Source of the DNA: Klebsormidium nitens
Lineage: Eukaryota; Plantae; Klebsormidiophyceae
DNA length: 64,000 nt
Direction of reading: 5' to 3'
NCBI GenBank assembly: GCA_000708835.1
Contig: DF237343.1
Span: forward strand, 1 to 64,000
Shown: in pieces, positions 49,865 through 61,700 of the stretch
Numbering within the stretch: the stretch's first letter is position 1
How the letters are laid out: every line of letters starts with the position of its first letter
Notes under the pieces: model-generated
Told to the model about the DNA's origin: nothing
Database searches by the model: none
Seen by the model: only the letters and a program-made list of their open reading frames with translations
Translations under genes and position numbers: made by a program

Positions 49865-50708
49865 TAAATCTTGAAAGGCTGAAGTCTACATTTCGAAGTT
49901 GACAATCGGACAGCTAGAAAATCCACCTTGATAAGTGAATTGGCGTGTTCGTCACGATGATGCAAAGCGGATCATTACACGCCTTATATGCAAGCGGATC
50001 GCGCACACCCGGCTCACTTAATTTATAATCGTAGAGGCGGGCGCTTGAAGTTTGCTAGCTGTATCATGACTGAGGCCCAACGGATATGCATGGGCAATTT
50101 CGTACAGAGTCGCTAGCTTATTCTTCCCATGATGCATGTGACCGAGACGCGGTCACAGTTGAAAATTTAAAAGGACGACCATTCGATCGAGTCGATTTTC
50201 CTTTACGCATTGGGCACGCGCGTGAAGCTTCTGCCACCGCGCCTAGATCGAATGGTCGTCTGGATCCAAGCTTGTTCTGATCAGATCTCGCGCCTGCAAA
50301 TATTAAGCGCCCAAGCACGTACATGCAGTGGCACCATGCATGTGGGAGTTCTTAGTATTACCACTCGATCAGCCGTTAATTAGCTAGATACGTCATCGTG
50401 ATTATTGAATGAACGCACGCGCCGAGCCGCGCTGGCCACTGCAGCGGCGCGCGGCTGCAAGCTCCAAAAGGTTTACGGAGTTACCTATATGACGATGTGT
50501 AAAGCTCTGGCAAGTGTTACTGTACTCGGCGACTCCCATTTTGTAAAGCTCCGAGTCCCGGACATCTGCATGACTGGGCAAATATGAACACAATGGAAAT
50601 TTGGCACAAGGAAAAGGCGATCCGGCCGTTTAAGAATACTTCAAATCCACGAGTTCTGCATGAACACGGGATCAAACACGGTATCAAGCATTGCCTTCGC
50701 TATGGCCC

Positions 50709-53011
50709 CTACTTCGAACGTTCTTCTTTTAGTCCGTCTTGCAAAGCAGTGACCTCGGCTAGCTGGTCATTCGTCAATCTTTCCCACTTGATTTCTTCGA
50801 TAAAGCCTTCTTTTAGTTTCTCAACCATTGCGCTTCGGATGAATTTGACCTTGAGATTGCTCCCGTGCATTCCTCTGAGCCAACTAAGCCACGACCTTGC
50901 ATTCTCTTTGGTCACCACCGCAAAGGTATCTATGTCGGAGCACAGTTGCGGCACATCGCATGCATCCGCCAGCTTGAGAAGCTCCTGCAAGATGCAAGGT
51001 GAAGATGGACGTTGGTTCAGGTTCGAGAGCACCTATTCTCTACTCCGACAAGAGGAGCACTCGGATCATGCCAACATGCAGTTTGATGTCGGCCCAAATC
51101 ACGCGCGCTCACCATCAGACATTTTCTCTTAAAGTCAATTAAAGAACGGTGTGACTGTAAGTATGCTCCCAACAGAGCCACCGATTGAGCTTGCAAGTGA
51201 CCACAGCGCTTTGGTCCGGACAACTACTTGTAAACAATGGTCCTCAAATTTGCGTTTTCGTGCAAAGAAAGACGCAAACCAACGTCGCTAGTTATTTCGA
51301 TCATGCTTTGCCCCAGCTTTTTGCGCCTCACCTGTAATCTGGCGGCCCTGGTTGGGGTTATGCGGTACAAAGGACGGCGGTCTCCGTAGACGTAGTACAA
51401 GAAGGCCTCCAAAGCGGACTTGCCAGCAGGGCATGGCACATCTACTTTCAGCTTGTGGCCAGGGCCTCGAGGTTGCCCCTCCCAAACTTGCTTCAATCTA
51501 GTCGAGAAGTAGGGCACGCTCAACAGCGCTGCGGAATGAGCAGCCACTGTTGCGCCATCCTGGAAGTTGGAAAAGAAACTGATTGAAGACTCTTAAAGAA
51601 CAGGCCTGAATTTGAGGCGACTTCGTGACTTGACGAAGCCTGACGAAGGTGCTTTGAAGTATGGCATGCACTTCACTATAAGCATCACGACGTGCATGAC
51701 TTACAGGTAGTGCAGTCAACAAAATGATCAGCTGTGAGGTTTTGTCCAATCATCCTATGGGGCCTCTATGGATTGATACTTGCACAGAAGAAACCTGCTC
51801 CTCAACATCGTTCTTATTTGGCCCCCTCACTTGTAGATTCCTGAGATGAACTTACTTGTATCGTACTTTTGTGTGTGCTACTCTCAAAAGCAGATGGTGT
51901 TTCTACGGTTCATCTTTCGATGCCACTCAGCTAGCTTGGTTGAAAACGTATCCATGCAGTGGCTCCTTAAGTTGCAAACGAAACTGCTTACGCATGTAAC
52001 AGGCCTCGTACCTCATGGCAACAAGCGGATTGCAGAAGGAGATTGCAAATCCTCACTAACCTGTGTAACAAAGTAGACGTCCCCACTTGCTTCTGCTTCG
52101 CCAAGCAGCGCAGACTGTGGTTTCAACTCTTTTGAGCGTTTGAATGCATTCCACCATCTTTCCGTAAAGATCCTTTTCATGCTTACGGTCACAGTCATCT
52201 TAGATGCTAATTGAGAGGAGGAGCGGTCTGGCTGGTCATCATCAGAAGTACACAGATATTCAGCGTCACGGTCCTCTTCGGAGTCTGAGTCTTCGCTCTC
52301 TTCTTCTGACCCGTCCGAGTCTTCCTGAGTGTTGGCGTTAGGTCTGACTTCGATACTAGTGACCTTGCAATGGAAGTCCGGGCCACCATCGTCTGAGACG
52401 ATTCTTTCGTCCACAGTTGCACCAACATCACGCCACCATCCTGGCATCAAGAGATGCAGCACATCTGTTTAGCTATGCATAAACGGTCAGCATCGGTAGC
52501 TTCACCTTTCAAGCGCCAAACAAGACATGGAGGACCACAAACTGCTGCCCGCGATCTGCATCCAAAGAGTAGCCAATCCACTTGATCGTTTTTTTTGTGT
52601 GCTTGCAGTACATTGCCCTCAAGTTGATGTGCTTGCAGCAAACAATGCTTCAAGTTCTCGCAAAAGAAAAGGGTCAGGTTACAAACCTGGGTGAACGGGC
52701 AAATCTCCAGGGCGCCCAGCTTTTTCCCGCACCTCGTTCCCAGTAGTATAAGCGTAACCACATGGAGCTGCTGAGCACCCTGGAGTACCTCTTGGGACAT
52801 CCAGCTCATATTCGTTGTTCAATGGGCCATCAGGTGAGGGTTTCTCAAGGTCAATTTTGAAGCAATGGGTCACTTTTTGGCATACCCTCCCTGCATTCAG
52901 ATCCTCTTTTGAAGAGGTGGAGTTGGTTGTTCGTTTCCGTTTCTTCAGGGTGCGGGTGCTTGTTGCCGTCCTGTAAGGATAGACAGGTTTATCCTTGCCC
53001 CAAGACGCCAT
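50709..53011 (-). CDS. BTB/POZ-domain protein with N-terminal basic patch and acidic insert (~402 aa, 4 exons)
   Basis: Exons 53011-52687, 52440-52061, 51559-51332 and 50984-50709 (1209 nt, phase-consistent). The BTB reads GDVYFVTQDGATVAAHSAALLSVPYFSTRL...ALEAFLYYVYG...ELLKLADACDVPQLC. KKRKR NLS-like motif; D/E/S-rich tract. Confidence 0.8.
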
Positions 53012-53758
53012 TAGGGGCCATGGAGAAAAGGTGCCCTAATCAATCCATGCGCAAGCCCACGCGTCGGGCCTCACCGTGAGCAAGAGTCTGGCAGACTCTT
53101 TCACGGTGACAGGACTCTCTGAAGATGTGCTGAGGGCTGCCTAGGCAAGCAACGAAGCTGTTGATGTATTTGTGTGCTCTGCGCACCGCAATTTTGCGTG
53201 CAATTCTGCCCCTTCTGCCCCTTCATTGTCAACCTCGCTGCATAATGGGATGCGCACACGTTGACAAGGCACCCGGGGGATCTCTACCGGGTGCACCGTT
53301 CCTACCAGCGCCTAACTGTAGTTTACGGACCGGGGCGCCAGCAAGGGTTGGCGAACCCTAAACTGTACGGCTGCTAACTTACATGAGCTAAATGATAATG
53401 CATGGGGGGCATCTAGCTGCTTTCCTCGCATCAAAACAAAAGGTCAAAGTGATAACTCGAATTGGACAGATAAAAGATTCAAGAAGCATGTAGAACTTGG
53501 ATAGCTGCCAATATTAATAAGTCGAGAACAGGTTCCTAGATCATGGCTGCTAGCTTTCCATGTCGGGGCAAAATTCGAAACGGATTCTTGGTGTGCAAAG
53601 GCGGAAATCGAAGGTAGAGCTGGGAAGATTCTGCTAAAAGGTGAATGGTCATGGGAGAATGTGACCAACTGGCTTGCAAGACCAGACCACTCCCTGCTTG
53701 GAGTCCTTTTAAAGGGAAGCTGCTCAGGTCTATTATCTAATCAACAGCTCGACAACCC

Positions 53759-55082
53759 ATGGCAACAACCAGAGACGTCCTTGAATCAATGCTGCCAAAG
53801 CAGAATCGTTTCCAAATAGGTCTCAGCTGTGGGACACAGCTGAAGCCAAGCGACATTGTCATCCGCAAAATGCAGGTTCCTGACATCCCTGAGGCTGTTC
53901 TGCTCTTTGCGGAACACCTTTCCAGGGCCGCAGACCCATTCTATGCCCTTCGGGGCCTGCCCTTCACATATTATCTACAGTACTGGCAGACGGTTGTCAG
54001 CAAATCTGTAGCCAGGGGGCTGGCTACAGTAGCAGTTCTAGCAGACCATAAGAGCATTGCCTTGGGGAATGAGCTGGCATGGACAGATACAGGAGGCAGG
54101 CAGGAAGGGACCGCAATACCTTCAGTAGTGTGCGCAGTCAGCACATTACCAGCAAGCGAGTTTCTGAAGATCGATGAGGAGGACTCCAAGCATGGGGACC
54201 GCGAGGTGGAGGATGCAGTCTACGACAGCCATTTTGAGGCGTTCTTCAGGTATGTATCCCTCAGCTTCCAATCCTATATTGATGAACTTCCTTGCTCTTG
54301 TCGAGTGGCAAAATATCAGACGGGTTTGCATTTTTGCCCCTAAATATCTGATTACGGTTGTCAAAGGTTGACTCCCCAAGGCTGTTCTTGGTTGTGGGGA
54401 TCGTCAAACTCACATCGAGTTTCATTCTGCTGGAGTGGGGCGATAGAAGGAAAGCTTATGTAAATATGCACTGCCAACGGATGGACTTAGATCCAGTATA
54501 TGACACTGCAATTTGAGCTGACAACTCTGCTGTTGACGAACCTGCCCAGTTGTCACGGAAGCCTCCGCAGACATGCCCACATCAGGACCCCTCAAACCAG
54601 AGTTTTGTCTCTTGAACCCCCACGGACCTCTAGTACATCTGACCAGAGTTCACTGGAAGCGCGTAATCTGTGGACACTCGTATTGGACAGCTTGGCATTG
54701 GCCTCCTATTGAATCTTAGCATTAACTTCTAACCTGCAGAAAGCCTCTGTGTCCTCTACAAAAGTTAGTATACATCATTGGGGGTGTCACCAACCCACAA
54801 TTCCACTGCCCTGGCGTTGCGAGGCGAACCACGGATCTTGTTTTGAGATTTGCAGTGGACCAGGGTTTTCTGCATGCCGTTGCCGATTGTCTGAGCAACG
54901 CAGGTAGTAATTTTGCCACTAAAACTCTTGGGGTCAAGCTGTCCAACACAGTGAGCATGCCATTGAGTAAAGTTAAGTTGAAGGACGGAAGGCAACCGTT
55001 TGACGGTCGCACAGACATACCCAACTATGCAATGTTAGCTTGGGTGGACCTTTCAGAGCATCTGCCAAGAAGCCGCTTGTAA
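53759..55082 (+). CDS. GNAT-family N-acetyltransferase (~277 aa, 2 exons)
   Basis: Exons 53759-54249 and 54740-55082 join in phase 2 (834 nt). N-terminal IRKMQVPDIPEAVLLFAEHLSRAADPF, motif-A-like VTNPQFHCPGVARRTTDLVLRFAVDQGF, and C-terminal LKDGRQPF. Confidence 0.65.
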
Positions 55083-55754
55083 GGAAATGTCAGCAATCTG
55101 CTAGGTAAGGTGCATAGGAGGACTGGAGGTACTGAGAAGCGTCATTAGATTCCCGGAGTTTGTATATCAGGACAACACTGAGTAGGATTAAACATATGGC
55201 CACCATAGCTAGTCGATGCGTTAAGTTATAAATCGGTCGAATGGACGCCTGGCATGCGCGCTGAGATTCTGCATACCTCCTCCCATCGCACGAACTTACT
55301 CTATAATGCATAACAAGTAGACTATTGCATGTGCGGTGATGAAGCAATGCAAGATGAGTGAGAACTCCAACTTGATCATTCTGAGCGTCGGATGCCATGC
55401 GGCCCGATGGCGAGCGGGCGTTTACATCTACAAGCCTGGAGGATTGATAGACCCATATGCGATTGTGCGACGTTTAACAGTGTCACGTGAGTGTCTTGCC
55501 GGCGGTTGCAACCGCACATGATGTATAGCGTCACGTGCCTTTATGAAACGAGCCAACAGCTCCCATGCGGCAGGAAAGCACCTATGGCTCTTGGCACACC
55601 GCCCGCTCATGGGCCATATCTGCTTGCAACACTTCGTCTTCTGCAACACCGTGTGTACCTTCTGATTGATGAGAAAAGGTAAATCAAGGTTCAGTACGCT
55701 TCTCGTGCTAGCTCACGAAGTTGAAACACGTCACAGCAGCTTGCTCAGTTCCTT

Positions 55755-58700
55755 TCACTCGTCACGAAGGCTGAAGGCGTGCTCCTTTCCCCGGGCCATA
55801 AAGTTCTCCCGCGCCGCGTATGCAGTCTCCTTTGTAGGCACCTGGGAAGAAAGTGTTGGCTGGTCACGATCGGGATTTGAATAGAGCCATAAAATGTATG
55901 CAGGGAACACGCCGTACATGAGGTCTCTGAACTCGGAAGCGGTTGGAAGATATTCGTGGCCAGAGTGATGCTTTCCTATGTCTGAGAATGATCCAGGGGC
56001 GCTACGGCCTTCCCGGCCACAGTCATCTCGGGACTAAGGAACAGTAGGAGCAATCGTGTGGAATCAAAACAAGCATGTCAAAGCCGTTGCCCTCAGCTTA
56101 CGATGACGACCAGCACTGACCTAGCAAAAAGCGATTGTTTGAAAGAGCCACAACAAGGTAAAAGTGAAGTGAAGGCCCTTGCGCAGTACTCGCGAAGCTG
56201 CGGGGTAAGCCGCTCCCAGTCACTACCCCAACTACATCAGACATTAGTTGCTTCCTGAATTCGGCCTTGAAAGACGGAATTGGAAATACGGACGGGAGCG
56301 CAGCTCCCGTCCGTTTCTGCCGGCCTCTTTCCTGTTGGCTGACTACTTCTCACTGGGAGTAACCAATCATGAAAATGCCTGGACCCGAAGGGCTCACACA
56401 ACGAGGGCCCGCTTTTGAAGGCCAAACTCCAAACCGATGCTCATGCTTGACCATCCACACTTCCGGATCTCGTACATGTGATCGTTGACGATTTGGAACG
56501 ATAGCCTGCTGACTGCTAAATATGCTGACGCTTTGCTCACCAGCTTTTCAATCATCAGATCAATCGGCAGACTACATTTTCGCAAGTCGGGCTGTCTACC
56601 TGAAGGTGGAGCTTCAAACGATCCTCCAAAACCATTGAACATTATTGCCAAAAACCTATGCACCGATTCTTACCGCGTAGCGCATCCCGGTCGGCTTGAA
56701 ATGCATGCCGTCGCACTTCCGGCAGTGCACGTCCGGGTACTCTTTCCCGACGGTGTCCGTCCGCTCCTTGCAGACCGCGCACGCCCAGAAGCGCTTCACC
56801 AGCTTCGGACAGAAGCGGACCGGGTGGTGTTCGGACACGCACAGGTCCGGCTTCTTCTCAGTGGACCGACGGCACTGCACGAGAAGGACTTGGTGTTAGC
56901 GCTTGCCTGCAATCGCTGGATGTAGGCGATCTTTGAAAGGAACAATCGAGTGCGTCTCGACCTTTTGTAACTAGAGCTACTGACGAGTCACAAAGCAAAC
57001 CTTACCGAGTCGCAGGCTGGACATTCACGCTGGACTTCCAGCTCAGAACTTAGAAACCCGCGATCTCGTTGGAAAACGTTCTCCCACAACATTCACGCTT
57101 GATCAAAATCAAGTACGAAAGCCCTGCTCTTCTCGATCTTGCCGCATTCGCTCGGGCTAAAATCAGCGCAGGATTCCTAGTCAAAAGCTGTCAGGTACGC
57201 TCGGGCTAAACGCCGCATCTGGACGCAGAATCCAAGACAAGGAGCCTTTGCTAACCTGGTCGCAGCGCCAGCCCTTGACGGTGACGGACTGGATCTTGTC
57301 CATCTTGGCGGCCAGCTCCTCCTTCTTCTCCAGGATGTCAAACGAGCCCAAGGCGCGCTCAATCTCCTCCTGATGAGGGACATAAATCAGGTTCAGTCCT
57401 GATTGAGATAATAGGCGCAATCAAAGCTGTTATACCGAGATGTTCAGATTAGAACGAGTGGGCGAGCACCAGCGAAAAGCAGTGTAGGCGCCTGCAAAGC
57501 AGCGTGGGTTGGTTGAAGAAACAAAGCTCTCAACGGACGTATCAGTGACGGAGGTTTGGACACGTGTCCGAGACACGGACTCAGCGTACTAATGTCTCGC
57601 ATGCAATCGACAGGTTGGAAAAGCGAGGGTTCCCTTTACACAGGAAGGAGTAGAGGGAGGACTCGGACGCACGGATTGTAAAGATTCGCCGGGATACCCA
57701 CCCCTCAGAAGCATGAACGCCTACTCGAATAATCTCATTTTCTTGACACCTGTACGGGCTTTCACATGCGCATACTTCAAGGTATAGCGCTCGATTCTAT
57801 CCAGGTTCTACGCCTCACCGCATCGCCCATGTCTCTGAAGACAGACTCGCGAGGCCCCTCCTCCATCCCCGCCACGTCCCGAAACGCTGCTGCAAACCCT
57901 TTCTTAATTGCCACGTGTCCGTCCGCGGGCCTGACACGTGGCCCCTGGCCTCCTTCTTGGGGGTCTGCCAGAAACAACGAGGATCGGTGGCGCATTGGAA
58001 TGCATACAGCTTGAAAAGTTGTGGCCAGAAATATTCGAGTGCTGTTTCGAAAGGCGACCAAGTCGCTATATTTCCTCTAGTTTGTGAGGGAGTTCAGAAA
58101 AGTTGAAAGCTACGAAGCGCAAGTATTGGAATGGCCAATATCGCTCTGAAGAGTACTTCGACTGAGCGACTCGGAGACTTTGAGGTATCAATCGATAGCT
58201 CGTCGCCACTTTGCCAGCACACGAGAACTCATATCTGGAAGGATAGACCTTCTAGAAATCGACAATGTTTGAGGGACTTGCTTCAATCCAAACAAACTGC
58301 CTACAATTCTGAAAGCGTTTGGAGCGAAGCGCTGCTCTCGAACCTGGGCCGAAGGATCACTTAAAGCCCTACTCAACAGCCCCCTTATCGCAGAAAACAG
58401 AAATAGATCCTGGAGAAAAGACAACATTATGAAGGCATGAAAAGATAACACAAGCCGCAGATCGTCGAATTAGAGGAGGCCTTCGCGCTATAAGCTCACC
58501 TCTTTCTTTACCCTCGCCGCTTGACGCTGAGACTTTCTTGATGCGCTGACCGGCAATGATCGATCGGCCCTCTGCAACACATTAGTCCTTTTACATCGTC
58601 TGCACCCTAGTGCGCTTCATCTGGACACTTACACCGCTAAGTTTGCTTCTAACTGTTTGCCAGAACTCGTAACATATGTGGTCGAAGGAAAGAGCAGTCA

Positions 58701-61700
58701 AGTGGGTCCGGCTGCATCAAATGCTCGCGCACTTCTGAAAACTTTCAGAATCTAGGAAGTCTGGTCTGAGCCACTTACTTTACCGCCAATTGCACGTGAT
58801 TCCACACAGCGGAAGCAAACCGTTCCGGTTAAAGGGCAGATTTAACATTTGACGGGACGGCGTAGCAAGGTCTATCATAAGGAGCGGGATGATTGAAAGG
58901 CGGAAACACCGTTCAGCTTGGTGCACCCCTAATGTTACCCTCGACATCCGACAAGCTTTCAAAAAAGCTGGGGGCCTTCTATAATCAGAATCGGAACAGA
59001 GTGGCGTCTGACGATAGTATTGGGTTTCAATGACACACCTTTGTTGTTGCTTCTTAGAAGGTCCACGAGCTCCTGAAAAGGAAAGAGAAAGTGGGGAGCT
59101 GAGACCCGGTAATGGGCGGCAGTAGAATCACAGGTTTCTTGGCCGTTGATGATTCCTTTATGGGCTGGTTGAAAAGTTGTTATGTATCCAATAATCAGAC
59201 TTGGACAAAAATGAGCCTTGGAGCAAGATTGACCATCGATCAATTGTCCAAGGATCTGGGAATTGAGCCTGGTAAACAGCCTGCTTAGCAGCCAAAACAT
59301 CCTGTGATTCCTTGATAGTGCTGGGACTTATCGTGTAACGCCCGATTTTCCCCTCTCGCACCGAGGCGAATCAAGCCTCGTTTCACTTAGGTAGCCAGGA
59401 TCGTAGTCTCGTCTTATCCGCTTCGCTCGACATAAAGTTGATTTTACCACCAACAGATGTCGCCCTCAACACCTGGCTGGATCTAGAAGTAAGCTTACGC
59501 GCGAAATACATCCAGGAGGTCACTGGCCTTGAACGCACCTCTTCTTAACTGCGATACTGGCTAATCTGCTTCCTGTTTCACACTTTTCTCGTCTCTCTCT
59601 CGAACAGAATCTTCCTCACCTCCCTTTCTTGCGCGCTGAGCTTTGCGCTCTCCTCCACAATCCTCCGCTTCAGCCTCGCCACGTCTTCCCGTGGAGGCCC
59701 CTCCAGCGTCCGTTTCTGGACACGTGGCCTCATCTCCGAGAATTCCGTAGGAACCCTCTCCTCGACCTTTGGACTCGACTTGGTCGCTGGTTCGACCACA
59801 TCCGGCTTCTGCTTCTTGGCATCACCATGGCCTTCGTTTCCCTTGGCGCTAAGTTCTCTCATAACCTGCTGGTTGATGCAAGTCGCGGAAGTATGCTCAT
59901 GCGATCTTCGTGCCGCTCCAGTCTTGAAGCGCGACTCACAGTACGCGCACTTATAAGGTCGCTCCTTTTCTTGGTCGCCCCCTGCCTCGCCGCCGTCAGT
60001 GGCCCTCTTCCGCGACGCCTCCGCCTCGGCGGCCTTGCTGACGTCATCGCTTGGCCTCTTTCTAGACGCTTCCGCATCGGCGGCCTTGCTGACGTTATCG
60101 CTTGGGCCCTTGGCGCTTGGAACTCCTGTGCCGCTCTCCGGCCCCCTCTCAGTCGCACCATTGTTGCGGCCAGAACCCGTCTTTTCCGAATGAAGCTGCT
60201 CCCGGACAGTTTCTTTCCTCTCCCGGCCAGCCTCTTGTCGGCTGCTGAGACCAGCATTCTCGTCAACCGAAGCCGTTCCGCGACTGGGTTTCAACCCTTC
60301 CCTCTCAGAAGATGTCTCAAATCCCGGACGCTTCGCGGCCTGTTCCACACCGTCCGGTGTCGGGCGCTTCTCGGACGTACCTCCCTTCTCCTTCAGACCG
60401 TTTGACGCTAACCTGTCCACGCTTTCGGGAGCGTTAGGTCTCCGGACACTCCCCTTCAAGCCTCCCACAGCTCTCATCCCTCTGTCGTCCATTTTCGCCA
60501 CGCGCGCGGCAATACGGTGCTTTCGCTGCGTCAGCGTTTCTCGCTCCGGCCTTTCCGTTGGTTGAACGTGGTCTTTTCCTCTTCCTTCCCCATCTGGAGT
60601 CCTCACATTAGGCAACCTCTCGGTTCCACTTCCGGTTTTTAATCTCTCCCCAGCGTTGGTCTTGCTTCCACCTTCTCCACTTGCACCAATGCCACGTCCC
60701 TTCAGACTCTCCTGGCCCCCGTCTTTTTCTGTCCCCTTTCCTCTCTCAGTCCCTGCATCTTTCTGCCTTTCCAACTCTTCCCCTCGCTTCCCAGTCTCAT
60801 TTGTTCGAACTTTCGGCTCAACAACCCCCGCTGCCTCGCTCCGCATCTTCTCGATCCGCAGCCTCGGAGCCTCTTCAGCCTCCCCTTTCAGCGCCGCTTT
60901 TAACGCTTCTTCTGTCAGCTTTCCCCGCACAGCCTCCCCTTTCAGCGCTGCTCTCAACACTTCTTCTGTCAGCTTCCCTCTCGCAGCCTCCCCATTCTCC
61001 ATCTTTGGGGTGCTGGCACCCATTTTCACGCTTCCGCACCCGTCGGCTGTTTGGTGATCCCCCTCGGGTGGCTCATGCAGCGACCCAGCGTTCCCGTCAT
61101 TACTATCTCGTTCCGTCCCCTCTTCATTCCGCCTCGCGTTTTTCCGTTCCGCCGCCTCGGGCACGCCGTCTGTTTCTCTTCGAAGCCCGTCCCGTTCCGT
61201 CCAGTCCCCGTCCGCCTTCGTTCGCTCGTCCCTCCTTTCGGGCCGATTTCCGTCCAGCTCCGTCCGCATGCCGTTCCGCTCCGTCCGACTTCCGCCCGCC
61301 ACTGCCCCGGTTCCTTCCGACCCCGCCCGCATGCCGTTCCGCTCCAACCGGATTCCGTCCGCTCTCAACGGCACTTCGCTCCTTTCCGTCCGGATCCCAT
61401 CCGCACCCGTGCGTACGTCTCTTTGTTCGGTACGGGCCCCGTTTCCTTCGGCTCGGAGACGGTTCCGTTCTAATTGCTGCCTCTTCCGCTCCCGCTCGTC
61501 GAGGCCCAACGTCGCTCCTGCCACCCGCTTCAGGTTCTCCTTTCCGGCCAGAGCTTGCCTATCGAATGCAGACGCCGGCTTCGGCACTGACGTCACTTTG
61601 TCCTTCCTTGTGACGTCAGCGTTGGGTCCGGTGCCAGCTCTGGCCGCGATAGGCGCCTTGGCGGGCCTGCGAGGCGGTAACGAAACCAAGTCAGGTCCGA

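Noticed and set aside
57149-57206. 13-bp direct repeat CGCTCGGGCTAAA in an MCM10 intron
   Set aside because: Only two copies with no array or element structure; not CRISPR-like.
59629-61613. 258-aa and 310-aa plus-strand ORFs
   Set aside because: Antisense shadows of the purine-rich MCM10 large exon, giving Ser/Pro/Leu-rich nonsense translations.
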